Assembly: GCA_965219995.1 (NCBI GenBank) | Contig: CBDCOX010000002.1 | Span: forward strand, 4,864,001-4,928,000 | Direction of reading: 5' to 3' | DNA length: 64,000 nt | Source: Candidatus Latescibacterota bacterium | Lineage (GTDB): Bacteria; Latescibacterota; UBA2968; GCA-2709665 | Shown: positions 40,042 to 50,743 of the stretch, one piece after another | How positions within the stretch are numbered: position 1 is the stretch's first letter | How the letters are laid out: every line of letters starts with the position of its first letter | Made by a program: the position numbers and the translations under genes | Notes under the pieces: generated by a model | Database searches by the model: none | The model's input: only the letters and a program-made list of their open reading frames with translations | What the model was told of the DNA's origin: nothing

Positions 40042-41334
40042 ATGCGCGTTGCTTACATAGCCGCGGGCGCCGCGGGGATGGTTTGCGGGAGTTGCATCAA
40101 CGACAATACGCTGGCACTGGCGCTCAGGCTCAGAGGAGTGGACCTGACGCTGATTCCAACGTACACGCCGTTAAGGACCGATGGGCCCGACGCGAGTATC
40201 GACCGGGTGTTCTACGGCGGAATCAACGTCTATCTGCAGCAGAAGATGGCTTTTTTTCGCCGCACCCCGGAATTCGTGGACCGGCTGATGAACGGGCGAC
40301 CGCTGCTGAAATCGCTTTCATGGTTCAGCGGATCGACCCGTGCCGGCGAGCTGGGCGCGCTCACGGTCTCGATGCTGAAAGGGGAGCTGGGTTCACAGAG
40401 GAAGGAACTGAAAAAGCTGGTTCGATGGCTGAAGGACGACCTTCGTCCGGACCTCGTGCACCTGACGAATTCCATGTTTCTGGGCGTGGCGCGTGAGATG
40501 AAGCGGGAAATGGGCGTTCCCGTTCTGTGTTCCGTACAGGGAGAGGACGTCTTCCTCGAAAGTTTGATCGAACCCTATCGAAACGAGGCGATAGACCTGA
40601 TTCAGGACCGGGCGCGCGACGTCGACGCGTTTGTGGCCACGTGCGACTGGTACGCGGATGCCATGGCAAGGTATCTGAATGCGCCCCGGGAACGCTTCCG
40701 CGTGGTCCGTCTTGGGATCGGTCTGGAAGGCCACGGCCCCGGCGACCGGGCGCTGCCTGAGACCCCGTTTACCGTCGGATATATGGCCCGCATCGCGCCC
40801 GAGAAAGGACTGCATCTTCTGGCCGACGCCGTGGGGCGTCTGGCGGAACAGGTTGGATCGGAGAATATCAGGCTGCTGGCGGCGGGTTATCTGGGCGGAC
40901 GCGAAAAGTCCTATTACCGGGAGGTCGTCTCGCTGATAGAGTCCCGCGGGCTTACCGATGCCTTCGAGTACCTGGGCGAGGTGGACCGGCGGCGGAAGAT
41001 CGAATTCCTGAACAGCGTCCACGTCCTGTCCGTGCCCACGCCGTACCGGGAGCCGAAAGGATTGTTCGTGCTGGAGGCGCTGGCCAACGGCACGCCCGTG
41101 GTCCAGCCGCGCCACGGCGCGTTTCCGGAGCTTGTCGAGTCTACCGGAGGAGGGATCCTTGTCGATCCCGGCTCGCCGGCGGCGCTCGCGGAAGGCCTGT
41201 CTCGCATGATGAAGGACGGGGAGGCCCGGGAAGCCATGGGCAGAAAGGGCCGTGCGGTCGTCCGCCGGACGTACACCGACGAGTGCATGGCCGGCGCCAT
41301 GCAGGACGTCTATCGACAATTCGTCGCGGGTTGA
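40042..41334 (+). CDS. GT4 family glycosyltransferase
   Basis: AGAAGMVCGSC N-terminus, RIAPEKG, EPKGLFVLEALANG. Confidence 0.88.
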   Translation: MRVAYIAAGAAGMVCGSCINDNTLALALRLRGVDLTLIPTYTPLRTDGPDASIDRVFYGGINVYLQQKMAFFRRTPEFVDRLMNGRPLLKSLSWFSGSTRAGELGALTVSMLKGELGSQRKELKKLVRWLKDDLRPDLVHLTNSMFLGVAREMKREMGVPVLCSVQGEDVFLESLIEPYRNEAIDLIQDRARDVDAFVATCDWYADAMARYLNAPRERFRVVRLGIGLEGHGPGDRALPETPFTVGYMARIAPEKGLHLLADAVGRLAEQVGSENIRLLAAGYLGGREKSYYREVVSLIESRGLTDAFEYLGEVDRRRKIEFLNSVHVLSVPTPYREPKGLFVLEALANGTPVVQPRHGAFPELVESTGGGILVDPGSPAALAEGLSRMMKDGEAREAMGRKGRAVVRRTYTDECMAGAMQDVYRQFVAG

Positions 41335-41406
41335 TCCGGCCGGGACCGGCGAACCCGCCGACGATTCACCACCGCAGTTCCAACGGGCTGCAAAGGGAGA
41401 GACGCT

Positions 41407-41907
41407 ATGCCGGCCGAACAGGCAACGACGTCGGGATTCACGTGGTTGATTTTCGCGGCCATGACCGTGGGGTCGTGGGGATTGTACGGGATTTTTCTGC
41501 ATACCGGGCAGGTCGCGATGGCCGATCCCGTGAACGGACGCTACAAGGCGTTCCTCCTGGTGGGCGTGGCCTATCTGTTGACCGCCGTCATCGGATCGAT
41601 GGTCGTTCTCTGGGTGAACGGCGCGGACTGGTCGTTCCCCGCGCGCGGATTCACATGGTCTCTGCTCGCCGGCACCGTGGGTGCGATCGGTGCGTTCGGC
41701 GTCCTTCTCGCGTTTGGCGCGAGGGGCACCCCTGCCGTGGTGATGTCGATCGTATTCGCCGGCGCTCCCGTCGTAAACGCGGTGGTGTCGATGGCCATGC
41801 ACCCGCCCGCCGGCGGTTGGGGCGGGCTGAGCTGGCAGTTTGTGCTGGGCGTCGTGCTGGCGGCGCTGGGCGGGTGCATGGTGACACTCTACAAGCCTGC
41901 GTCGTAA
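41407..41907 (+). CDS. Small 5-TM DMT/EamA-like membrane protein
   Basis: SWGLYG, five hydrophobic helices, VFAGAPVVN. Confidence 0.7.
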   Translation: MPAEQATTSGFTWLIFAAMTVGSWGLYGIFLHTGQVAMADPVNGRYKAFLLVGVAYLLTAVIGSMVVLWVNGADWSFPARGFTWSLLAGTVGAIGAFGVLLAFGARGTPAVVMSIVFAGAPVVNAVVSMAMHPPAGGWGGLSWQFVLGVVLAALGGCMVTLYKPAS

Positions 41908-41920
41908 AGCTGCAGAGACA

Positions 41921-41956
41921 GCTATCAGCGGTCAGCTCTCAGCCGTCAGCCAGAAG
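41921..41956 (+). repeat. TCAGC-NN heptamer array
   Basis: TCAGCGG TCAGCTC TCAGCCG TCAGCCA. Confidence 0.7.
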
Positions 41957-42014
41957 CGGTTTCTGTTAAGGATAGGCGTCGGGAATTACCGATATCTCCA
42001 CAAGAGGAAGGCCT

Positions 42015-42452
42015 GTGCCAAGCGAATTCCGCACCACGCGACGCGTCGAGTTTTCGGATACGGACATGGCCGGGATCGTGCACTTTTCCCGGTTTTTCGT
42101 TTTCATGGAGGCGGCCGAACACGCGTTCCTGCGTTCGCTCGGCACCAGCGTTCATACCCGATGGGAAGGGCGCAGGGTCGGGTGGCCCCGGGTTGGCGCG
42201 TCTTGCGACTATCTGGAACCGGCGCGGTTCGAAGACGTGCTGGACGTCCATATGAAGGTCGTCAGAAAGGGGACGAGCTCGCTGACGTTTGGGTTCGAGT
42301 TCCGCCGCGGCGACCGCCCGATCGCGCGGGGCCGGTTGAGTACGGTGTTCTGTGAATGCGCGCCGGGGCAGCCGTTCCGGGCCATTCCCATCCCGGGCGC
42401 CATCGCGGAACGGATCCAGGAAGCAGAGGACAAGGATGACGCTGCGGGCTGA
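42015..42452 (+). CDS. 4HBT/YbgC-like hotdog acyl-CoA thioesterase
   Basis: RVEFSDTDMAGIVHF..F...E. Confidence 0.9.
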   Translation: MPSEFRTTRRVEFSDTDMAGIVHFSRFFVFMEAAEHAFLRSLGTSVHTRWEGRRVGWPRVGASCDYLEPARFEDVLDVHMKVVRKGTSSLTFGFEFRRGDRPIARGRLSTVFCECAPGQPFRAIPIPGAIAERIQEAEDKDDAAG

Positions 42453-43095
42453 GCGGGTATCGAAACAGTACGGCGACGTGTCCGTTCTGCGGGAGGTTTC
42501 GTTCGAGACGGGACGCGGGCAGTCCGTGGCGGTCGTCGGGCCGTCGGGATCGGGAAAGAGTACGCTCCTGCACGTACTGGGCACCCTGGACAGACCGTCG
42601 TCGGGCCGCGTGGAGATCGACGGCCGGGACCCCTACGCCCTTTCCGACAAGGAGCTGGCGCGCTTTCGGAATCGCGGGATCGGATTCGTGTTCCAGGACC
42701 ACCATCTGCTGCCGCAGTATTCGGTACTGGAGAACGTCCTGATTCCCACGCTGGCATCCGGAGACGCCGGATCCGGCGCCGGGGACCGGGCCCGGGACCT
42801 GATCGAACGCGTCGGGCTCGCGCATCGGGCCGACCACCGCCCGGCCGCTCTGTCCGGGGGCGAACGCCAACGGGCGGCCGTGGCTCGAGCGCTGGTCAAC
42901 AGGCCGGCGCTCCTCCTGTGCGATGAGCCGACGGGCAGCCTGGACCGGGCGCGTGCCGACGAGATTGGAGACCTGATTTTTGACCTGCACGCCCGGGAGG
43001 ACACGATCCTGATCGGGGTCACGCACAGCCCGGAAATGGCCGCACGGTTCGAACGCACCCTTGAGCTGCGGGAGGGGACTTGCGTCGAAGCCTGA
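42436..43095 (+). CDS. ABC ATP-binding protein (LolD/MacB-like)
   Basis: GPSGSGKST, LSGGERQR, CDEPTG. Confidence 0.93.
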   Translation: MTLRAERVSKQYGDVSVLREVSFETGRGQSVAVVGPSGSGKSTLLHVLGTLDRPSSGRVEIDGRDPYALSDKELARFRNRGIGFVFQDHHLLPQYSVLENVLIPTLASGDAGSGAGDRARDLIERVGLAHRADHRPAALSGGERQRAAVARALVNRPALLLCDEPTGSLDRARADEIGDLIFDLHAREDTILIGVTHSPEMAARFERTLELREGTCVEA

Positions 43096-46000
43096 CCTTC
43101 TTCTGGCGAATTCATCTTTCCGTGCTGATGGGCGTGGCCGTGGCCACCGCCGTGCTCACCGGGGCCCTGCTGGTGGGCGACTCGGTACGCGACAGCCTGA
43201 GAGACCTGACCCTCGACCGCCTGGGAGCTATCGGCCACGCCCTCGTTTCGGATCGCTTCTTTCGCACGGACCTCGCGCGGGACATCGAGGCGGAGAGCGA
43301 CGGATTGACCGTTGTGCCGGCGGTGACGCTCAGCGGATCGGCGGTGCACGCCGGCGCGGGGACCCGCGCCTCCCGCGTCGCCATTCTGGGTGTGGATTCC
43401 CGGTTCGGCGGCCTGTTCGATGTTTACGCACCCGACCTCGTCCGCCGCGGGGCCGCGACGCCGTTTGTCGCCAACGAGTCTCTGCGGAGCGAACTGAACG
43501 CCGGGGTGGGCGACGCGGTCCTGCTTTCGTTCGAATTGCCGGGGGACGTCCACCGGGAGTCTTTGTTCGGACGGGACGGGATCTCGGAGTCGATACAGAC
43601 CGTACGCGTCAGACTCGCGGGTGTCGTGCCCGACCGGGGAATCGGTCGATTCGGTTTGCGCCCGCGCCAGCGGACGCCGCTCAATGCGTTCGTGTCCCTG
43701 CCCCTGTTGCAGGAAGCGCTAGGACTGCCGGGCCGGGTGAATATGCTCCTGGTTTCGCGGGATACGCGGGCCGCCGGCGATCCGGCGCCCGCGCTCGCCC
43801 GCGCCGCAACGCTGGATGATCTCGGGCTTTCGATGCGGGTGAATGCCGATTATCTCGCGGTTGAAAGCACGGGGTTTCTCCTGAAGTCCCACGTGGCGAA
43901 CCCGATACTTGAACTCGCGGATGAACTGGGGATGCCGCGAATGGCGATCCTCACGTACCTGGCCAAAACGATCCGGGTCGGGGATCGCGTACTGCCCTAT
44001 TCGACGGTTGCCGCGATGGACGTGGGGAGCGTCGGCAAGCTGCGACTGGCAGACGGGCGCCCCGCGCCGGTCCCCGGCGATGGGGAAGTGCTGCTGAATG
44101 CCTGGGCGGCGCAGGACCTTCGCGCCGGGACCGGCGACACCGTCGAGCTGGCTTTTTTCGAAGCCGGACCGAAGGCGGCGCTGAACGCGCGGCACGTCAC
44201 GTTACGCCTGGCGGGTGTCGTCGCCATGGAAGGGTTGGGCGCCGATTCCCTGTTGACGCCGGCATTGCCGGGTCTCCACGACGCGGAAGACATGCACGCC
44301 TGGGACCCGCCCTTCCCGGTGGACCTGACGCGCATACGGCCCGTGGACGAAGCCTATTGGGACGCCTACCGCGCCGCGCCCAAAGCCATCGTGTCGTACG
44401 CCACGGGACAACGTCTCTGGCGAAGCCGATTCGGAAGCCTGACGTCCGTCAGGATGGGTCCCGCGCCCGGATTGGACGTCGCCCAATCCGCCGAGCGGTT
44501 ACGGTCCGGACTCCGGGAGGCGCTCCCGCCCGAATCCGCCGGCATGGTCTTTCAGCCGGTGAGAAAACAGGGTCTGGCGGCTTCGTCGGGGTCCACGGAC
44601 TTCGGCGGGCTGTTCGCCGGATTCAGTCTGTTCCTGATTGTCTCGGCGGCGCTGCTCGTGGGTCTCCTCTTCCGGCTTGGCGTGGAGCAGCGCGCCGATG
44701 AGGTGGGCGTGCTGATGGCGTCGGGTTTTACCGCGGGCGCGATCAGACGCCGGTTCATGGGCGAGGCGGTCTGGCTGACCGGGTTGGGGGGACTTCTCGG
44801 ACTCGCGGGAGGACTGGCGTACGGATGGGTCATGATCGCGGGTCTGCGCACCTGGTGGGCTCCGGCCGTCGGGACCGGTGAACTCGCGCTGCACGTGCAC
44901 GGGACCAGTCTGGCGGCCGGGTACCTGATTTCACAGGTTGTGGTTCTGTTCACGATTCTGACGACGGTCCGGCGATTGGGCGGTATGCCCGTTCGGGCCC
45001 TGCTTTCCGGTGCCGTTCACCACGCGGCCGCCGGCAGCGGGCGCCGTTTGAAGGTGGTTGCGATCGCGAGCCTGGGACTGGCCTCGGCCTGCCTTGCCGG
45101 TGTGCCGCGAGCGGGGCGCGAAGCCGCGATCGCGCTGTTTTTCGGATGCGGGACATTTCTTCTGATTTCGGGCCTGTGCGCGCTCGCCGTCTGGTTTCAG
45201 CGCGGTCGGCGCAACCTGGTGACTGGAATCTGGAGGATGGGTGTGCGGAACAGCGCGCGAAATCCGGGCCGGAGTCTGCTGTGCGCATCGCTGATCGCCT
45301 GCGCGTGCTTCGTGGTTGTGGCGGTTGGCGCCCATCGCCGCATCGATGCCGGCCGCGATGCGTTGAACAGCCGGACGTCGGGCGGGGGTGGATTTCAGCT
45401 CATCGCGGAAACGGATGCGCCGCTCTACCACGATCCCGGTTCGGCGGACGGGCGCTTCGAGCTGGGGTTTTCCGCGGAGGATGCCCGGATTCTGGACGGG
45501 GCGCAAATCATGCCGTTTCGCGTGTTGCCGGGTGAAGACGTGAGTTGTCTGAATCTCTACAGACCGCGTCATCCCCGGGTTCTGGGCGCCCCCGAAACGT
45601 TGATTCGACGGGGCGGCTTCGCGTTCGATCGGTTGCTGTACGAAACCGGGGCGCCCTGGACGTTGTTGACGCGGCGTGAGGAGCCCGGTGTGATTCCCGC
45701 ATTCGGCGACGCGAACTCGGTAACCTGGATTCTCCACAAGAAGCTGGGCGACGAAATTCCGATACAGACGGAAGCGGGCGAGACCGTCAGGCTGCGACTT
45801 GTGGGACTGCTGAAGCACAGTATCTTCCAGAGTGAACTGCTGGTATCGGAGGAGAATTTCACCGCGCATTTCCCCGATCGGGGCGGCTACGGCTACTTTC
45901 TCGTGCAGACCGACCGGCCCGGTGAAACGGGCGTCCTCCTGGAGCGGCGGTTGCAGGACGCAGGTCTCGATGCGACGCCGACGACGGCCAGGCTCGCGCA

Positions 46001-46397
46001 TTTCCGGACCGTGGAGAATACGTACCTTTCGACGTTTCAGACGCTTGGCGGGCTGGGGGTGCTCCTTGGGACGATCGGACTGGGGATCGTGATGGTGCGC
46101 AACGTCATCGAACGGCGTACCGAGCTGGCGGCGCTGCGGGCGCTGGGGTTTCGCCGGGCGCTGTTGAGCGGACTCCTGTGCGTGGAGAACGGATTCCTGA
46201 TGGCGACGGGCATGGCAATCGGCGTTGCGGCGGCGATCGTGACAACCGTGCCCCATGCCTCCGGCGGGCTGCCGTGGGCGTCGTTACTGGCCACGCTGTG
46301 CCTAATCTTTGGCGCGGGCCTGGCTGCCGGTACCGCGGGGGTTCTCGTTGCGCTGAGGACGCCGCTGTTGCCGGCGTTGAAACGCGAAGGCGCCTGA
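43080..46397 (+). CDS. ABC permease with duplicated FtsX/MacB domains
   Basis: 1105 aa; two TM blocks (EQRADEVGVL, ERRTELAALRALGF) and two periplasmic domains. Confidence 0.88.
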   Translation: MRRSLTFFWRIHLSVLMGVAVATAVLTGALLVGDSVRDSLRDLTLDRLGAIGHALVSDRFFRTDLARDIEAESDGLTVVPAVTLSGSAVHAGAGTRASRVAILGVDSRFGGLFDVYAPDLVRRGAATPFVANESLRSELNAGVGDAVLLSFELPGDVHRESLFGRDGISESIQTVRVRLAGVVPDRGIGRFGLRPRQRTPLNAFVSLPLLQEALGLPGRVNMLLVSRDTRAAGDPAPALARAATLDDLGLSMRVNADYLAVESTGFLLKSHVANPILELADELGMPRMAILTYLAKTIRVGDRVLPYSTVAAMDVGSVGKLRLADGRPAPVPGDGEVLLNAWAAQDLRAGTGDTVELAFFEAGPKAALNARHVTLRLAGVVAMEGLGADSLLTPALPGLHDAEDMHAWDPPFPVDLTRIRPVDEAYWDAYRAAPKAIVSYATGQRLWRSRFGSLTSVRMGPAPGLDVAQSAERLRSGLREALPPESAGMVFQPVRKQGLAASSGSTDFGGLFAGFSLFLIVSAALLVGLLFRLGVEQRADEVGVLMASGFTAGAIRRRFMGEAVWLTGLGGLLGLAGGLAYGWVMIAGLRTWWAPAVGTGELALHVHGTSLAAGYLISQVVVLFTILTTVRRLGGMPVRALLSGAVHHAAAGSGRRLKVVAIASLGLASACLAGVPRAGREAAIALFFGCGTFLLISGLCALAVWFQRGRRNLVTGIWRMGVRNSARNPGRSLLCASLIACACFVVVAVGAHRRIDAGRDALNSRTSGGGGFQLIAETDAPLYHDPGSADGRFELGFSAEDARILDGAQIMPFRVLPGEDVSCLNLYRPRHPRVLGAPETLIRRGGFAFDRLLYETGAPWTLLTRREEPGVIPAFGDANSVTWILHKKLGDEIPIQTEAGETVRLRLVGLLKHSIFQSELLVSEENFTAHFPDRGGYGYFLVQTDRPGETGVLLERRLQDAGLDATPTTARLAHFRTVENTYLSTFQTLGGLGVLLGTIGLGIVMVRNVIERRTELAALRALGFRRALLSGLLCVENGFLMATGMAIGVAAAIVTTVPHASGGLPWASLLATLCLIFGAGLAAGTAGVLVALRTPLLPALKREGA

Positions 46398-46505
46398 GGG
46401 CCTGGCAGCCAAAATAGGAGTTCAATTTCGGAGTCGCAGAGCGTATCTTCAGTTGAAGGCGCGAAGTCGGCCTTCTCCGGCCCTATGTCGTGAAAGGAGC
46501 GCGAT

Positions 46506-47804
46506 ATGAATCGGATGACGCTGGCCTTGACGGTTTTCTGTATACTGGTCGCAACCGGACCGGCTGCGTCGGACTGGCCGCATTGGCGCGGCCCGAACCG
46601 CAACGGGCTCGTGGACGGGGCGAATCCTCCCGTTGAGTGGAGCGAAGGGAAGAATATCAGATGGAAAGCGCCCATTCCCGGCATGGGCCACGCAACGCCG
46701 GTCGTCTGGGGCGAGCGGATTTTCGTGCAGACAGCCGTCATGACCGACAAGGTAGTGGAGAACACCGGAGGGGGAAGGCGCCAACCCCCGCCCAATCTGT
46801 ATCAATACAGGGTCCTGGCCCTGAATCGTCAGACCGGAGAAATAGTCTGGGAGAAGACGGTCAAGGAAGCCCGGCCGCACGAGGGAATGCACCGGACCGC
46901 GTCGTTCGCGTCACCATCGGGCATTACGGACGGTGAACATCTCTATGCGTATTTCGGGTCGCAAGGGCTCTATTGCCTCGATATGGACGGCAATCTGAAG
47001 TGGGAGAAGGACCTGGGCAAATACTGGAGCAGGGCCGCTTTCGGCGAGGGGGCTTCGCCGATGATCCACGGCAGCACCCTGGTGATCAACTGGGACCACG
47101 AAGGGGACTCCTTCATTGTCGCGCTGGACAAGGCGTCGGGCAGGGAGCTCTGGCGCAAGGCGCGGGATGAGGTGACGTCCTGGTCCACGCCCCTTCCTGT
47201 CGAGCACGGCGGCCGGACCCAGGTGATCGTCAGCGCGTCGCGCCGCACCCGTAGCTACGACCTGAAGACCGGGGCGTTGATCTGGGAATGCGGTGGATTG
47301 GGGACGAACGTGATTCCGACGCCGCTGTACGAAAACGGGGTGGTGTACGTGGCCAGCGGCCACAGGGACCCCGCCATGCAGGCAATTGATCTGGCCGGGG
47401 CGAAGGGCGACGTCTCGGGTTCGGACTCGGTGTTATGGTCGATCGCCCGGAACACACCCTATGTGTCGTCACCCCTGCTCTACGGCGGCCGGCTGTTTCT
47501 CATGAAGGGCAGGGGAGCGATCCTGTCCTGCTATGACGCCGGCACCGGGAAGCCCGTTTTCGGGCCCGAACGCATTGACGGGATGGGCTTCGTCTACGCG
47601 TCGCTGGTCGGCGCGGGCGGCCGCGTGTACATTTCCGACCTCGAGGGTACCACGCTCGTTGTCGGGAACGGCCCTGAATTCGAGGTTCTGGCGAAGAACA
47701 CCCTGGACGAAGGGAGCGGGGCGTCGCCGGTGGTTGTGGGAGACGACCTCTATCTGCGGGGGCGCAGTCACCTCTATTGTATTGCGGAAGACAAGCGGAA
47801 CTGA
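46506..47804 (+). CDS. Secreted PQQ-like beta-propeller protein
   Basis: Signal peptide, DWPHWRGPNRNG, ASP, SWSTP, YVSSP. Confidence 0.87.
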   Translation: MNRMTLALTVFCILVATGPAASDWPHWRGPNRNGLVDGANPPVEWSEGKNIRWKAPIPGMGHATPVVWGERIFVQTAVMTDKVVENTGGGRRQPPPNLYQYRVLALNRQTGEIVWEKTVKEARPHEGMHRTASFASPSGITDGEHLYAYFGSQGLYCLDMDGNLKWEKDLGKYWSRAAFGEGASPMIHGSTLVINWDHEGDSFIVALDKASGRELWRKARDEVTSWSTPLPVEHGGRTQVIVSASRRTRSYDLKTGALIWECGGLGTNVIPTPLYENGVVYVASGHRDPAMQAIDLAGAKGDVSGSDSVLWSIARNTPYVSSPLLYGGRLFLMKGRGAILSCYDAGTGKPVFGPERIDGMGFVYASLVGAGGRVYISDLEGTTLVVGNGPEFEVLAKNTLDEGSGASPVVVGDDLYLRGRSHLYCIAEDKRN

Positions 47805-47844
47805 TCGATCGGAGACACGGAACCGAATGGAGAGAGGAGTCTCG

Positions 47845-48843
47845 ATGGACCGGTTTGAGGGCACGACACGCGTGGTCGGCGCAGCGATCGTAATCCTCCT
47901 GGTTGCGTTCGGATGCGAGGCGCCGGACAGCGGGCGGGAAACGACCGAGCCCCAGCGCCGCTTCCTGAGCATCGGCACGGCTCCGCCCGGGGGCGCGTTC
48001 TTTGTGGTCGGCGGCGCGATCGCGCAGGTCGTGGACGACCGCGCCGGCGACCTGTCGTGGGACGTATCCGCGGAGGCGACCAAGGGGACGCAGGAGAACA
48101 TCCGCCGGCTCGTGCGCGGGGAGCTGGATTTCGCGCTGGCCAATGCCGCGATATCGTACTTTGCGGTGCGGGGCGAGGGCGCCTGGGGCGAAAAGCAGGC
48201 CATCAACGCCGTGATGACGCTGGCCCCGAATATCGCCCTCTTCGTGGCGCCGGAAGGCACGGGAATCCGCGCCATCGGCGATCTCAGGGGCAAGCGGGTC
48301 GTCGTTGGTCCCGCGGGCGCCGGGTTCGAGTATTTCCTCGCGCCGATCCTCGAGGCTCACGGCGTCACCTACGAGGACTTCAGCCCGCTGCACAATACGC
48401 AGGCCGGCGCCGTGGACATGCTTGCGGACGGGTCCGCCGCCGCGGCCTTTCTGGGCGGCGCCGTGCCGACGGCGTCCATCACCCAGGCGAGCGCTTCACA
48501 GGACATCCGCTTCATCCCCTTTGGCGTCACCGAAAAAGAACGTCTGTTCCGGGACTATCCGTTCTTCAATGCGGCGAGTATTCCCGCAGATACCTATCGC
48601 GGCCAGGCAGAGCCCTTCGACGGCATGAACGTGGGTTCGATGCACCTGGTGACGCCTGCCGCCCTGGACGAGGAGACGGTCTACCGGTTTACCAGGATCC
48701 TCTACGAGAACCGCGCGGACGTGGTAAAGAAACACCCCGCGGGCAGAGCCATCCAGCCAAAGAACGTGATCCGGGATACCGGTACTCCCTTCCATCCCGG
48801 GGCGATCCGGTATTACAGGGAAATCGGAATCTGGCCCAACTGA
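47845..48843 (+). CDS. TAXI-family TRAP substrate-binding lipoprotein
   Basis: Lipobox-like VAFGC, IGTAPPGGAF, ATKGTQEN, PFHPGAIRYY. Confidence 0.9.
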   Translation: MDRFEGTTRVVGAAIVILLVAFGCEAPDSGRETTEPQRRFLSIGTAPPGGAFFVVGGAIAQVVDDRAGDLSWDVSAEATKGTQENIRRLVRGELDFALANAAISYFAVRGEGAWGEKQAINAVMTLAPNIALFVAPEGTGIRAIGDLRGKRVVVGPAGAGFEYFLAPILEAHGVTYEDFSPLHNTQAGAVDMLADGSAAAAFLGGAVPTASITQASASQDIRFIPFGVTEKERLFRDYPFFNAASIPADTYRGQAEPFDGMNVGSMHLVTPAALDEETVYRFTRILYENRADVVKKHPAGRAIQPKNVIRDTGTPFHPGAIRYYREIGIWPN

Positions 48844-48844
48844 C

Positions 48845-50743
48845 ATGCTCGAGCCATTGCTTTTTCGCATCCTGGCGGTCCTGCTGAGTATCTTCGTCCT
48901 GGCTGAGGTCAACTATCCGGGACTGACGCCTCAAGCCCAACTGGCTTTCTTTGCCATGTTGGGCTTGAGTCTTGTATTCCTGAAACACCCGGTCCGCGCA
49001 GGCGCACGCGGGCTCCGCCGGACGCTGGAACCCTTCCTCGTTGCGGCGGTTTTCTTCTGCTTCGGCTACGTGCTGATCCAGACCGAACCGGTCTTCGAAG
49101 CCTTCTGGCTGGGGGGCCGCAGTCTGGGCAACCGCGCGGGACTGGAACATCCGCTGGATTGGGCGGTCGGTCTGGCCGGCCTGATTCTCATCCTGGAAGC
49201 GACCCGACGCGCCATCGGGCTCACGCTGCCGCTGCTGTCTCTCGCGTTCCTGGCGTATGCCGCCTTCGGTCACGTCATGCCCGACTGGCTCTTCCCTCAC
49301 AGGGGGTACGGCTGGGAGCGTATTGTCTCCCAGACCTTTCTCCATACGCAGGGCGCATTCGGCATCGCGCTGAAAGTGATGTTTACTTACGTGTTTCTCT
49401 TCGTGCTGTTCGGCACGACGCTGGAAGGGACGGGCGCGACCGGGTACGTACTGGACGCCGCGCGCAGGTTTTTCGGAAGGCGTACCGGCGGACCCGCGAA
49501 GGTTGCCGTTGTCTCGTCGGGGATTATGGGATCACTGTCGGGGAGCGCGGTCGCGAACACGGCCACCACGGGTACGTTCACGATCCCGATGATGCGATCG
49601 GCAGGATTCCGGCCCGTGACGGCGGGGGGGATCGAAGCGGCCGCCAGTTCGGGCGGGGCGCTGGTGCCGCCGATCATGGGCGCCGGCGCCTACATGATGC
49701 TGGAGATGGTGGATCCGGCGGTAACTTACCTGGAGATCGTCAGGGCGGCGCTCATTCCCGCGGTTTTCTACTATACCGCGCTTCTGCTGATCGTCCACTT
49801 CCACGCCCGTCGCATCCGGGTTGCGGCAGGGGATGAAGGAACCCCGGGCCGCCCGCCGGGCGCCCCCGGCGTTGTCTTCCTCGTGGCGCTGGTGAGCCTG
49901 ATCGTGCTGATCGTCCTCGGGTATACGCCGTTCCGGGCGGTCAGCATCGCCCTGGTCTGCACGCTGCTGGCGGCCGCATTGAAGCCGTCGACGCGCATGG
50001 GGCCCCGTTCACTGCTGCGTGCCGTGGAAGGCGCGGCCCACGGCGGCGTGTCTCTCATCGCGGCGGCTGCCTGCGTGGGCATCATCATCGGGGTGGTCAC
50101 CCTCACGGGGATCGGCGCGAGGCTGCCCGGGGCCATACTGCCGCTGGCTCAGGACAATCTGGTACTCGCGCTGATTCTGCTGATGGGTTCCACCATCATT
50201 CTGGGAATGGGCCTGCCGTCGGCCGTTTGTTATCTGCTGATGGCCACGCTCGTCGGCCCCGTCCTGGGCGAACTGGGCGTTGTGCCCCTGGCGGCGCATA
50301 TGTTCATCTTCTATTTCGGGATGATGTCGATGGTGACGCCGCCCGTGGCGCTGGCCGCCTACACCGCCGCCGCGATCGCGAAGGCGGACATCATGCGCAC
50401 GGGTCTTGCGTCATTTCGTTTCGCCCTGGTCGGTTTCGCCCTGCCCTACGCCTTCGTACTGCATCCCGAACTGCTTCTCGTCTCCCCGGACCTTGCGTCG
50501 ACCGTCGTCAACGTCCTCATCGTCTTCGCCGGGATTCTTCCACTGGCCGCGGCAATCTCCGGCTATGGCTTCGCCCCTCTGAATGCCTGGCAGCGCGCGG
50601 TGCTTCTCGTTGCGGCGCTTGTCCTCTTTCTCACTCCGTCAGGAAGTCTTCGGCTCTGGATTCAGGGTTCCGCCGTCCTCGTTGCCGGAATCGTCGCGTT
50701 GATGAACCGGCGGTCCGCCGACCGGGCGTCTTCGTCTCAGTAG
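48845..50743 (+). CDS. TRAP fused permease (4TM/12TM)
   Basis: GGPAKVAV, SGSAVAN, PPIMGAGA, ILGMGLP, TPPVALAAY. Confidence 0.92.
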   Translation: MLEPLLFRILAVLLSIFVLAEVNYPGLTPQAQLAFFAMLGLSLVFLKHPVRAGARGLRRTLEPFLVAAVFFCFGYVLIQTEPVFEAFWLGGRSLGNRAGLEHPLDWAVGLAGLILILEATRRAIGLTLPLLSLAFLAYAAFGHVMPDWLFPHRGYGWERIVSQTFLHTQGAFGIALKVMFTYVFLFVLFGTTLEGTGATGYVLDAARRFFGRRTGGPAKVAVVSSGIMGSLSGSAVANTATTGTFTIPMMRSAGFRPVTAGGIEAAASSGGALVPPIMGAGAYMMLEMVDPAVTYLEIVRAALIPAVFYYTALLLIVHFHARRIRVAAGDEGTPGRPPGAPGVVFLVALVSLIVLIVLGYTPFRAVSIALVCTLLAAALKPSTRMGPRSLLRAVEGAAHGGVSLIAAAACVGIIIGVVTLTGIGARLPGAILPLAQDNLVLALILLMGSTIILGMGLPSAVCYLLMATLVGPVLGELGVVPLAAHMFIFYFGMMSMVTPPVALAAYTAAAIAKADIMRTGLASFRFALVGFALPYAFVLHPELLLVSPDLASTVVNVLIVFAGILPLAAAISGYGFAPLNAWQRAVLLVAALVLFLTPSGSLRLWIQGSAVLVAGIVALMNRRSADRASSSQ

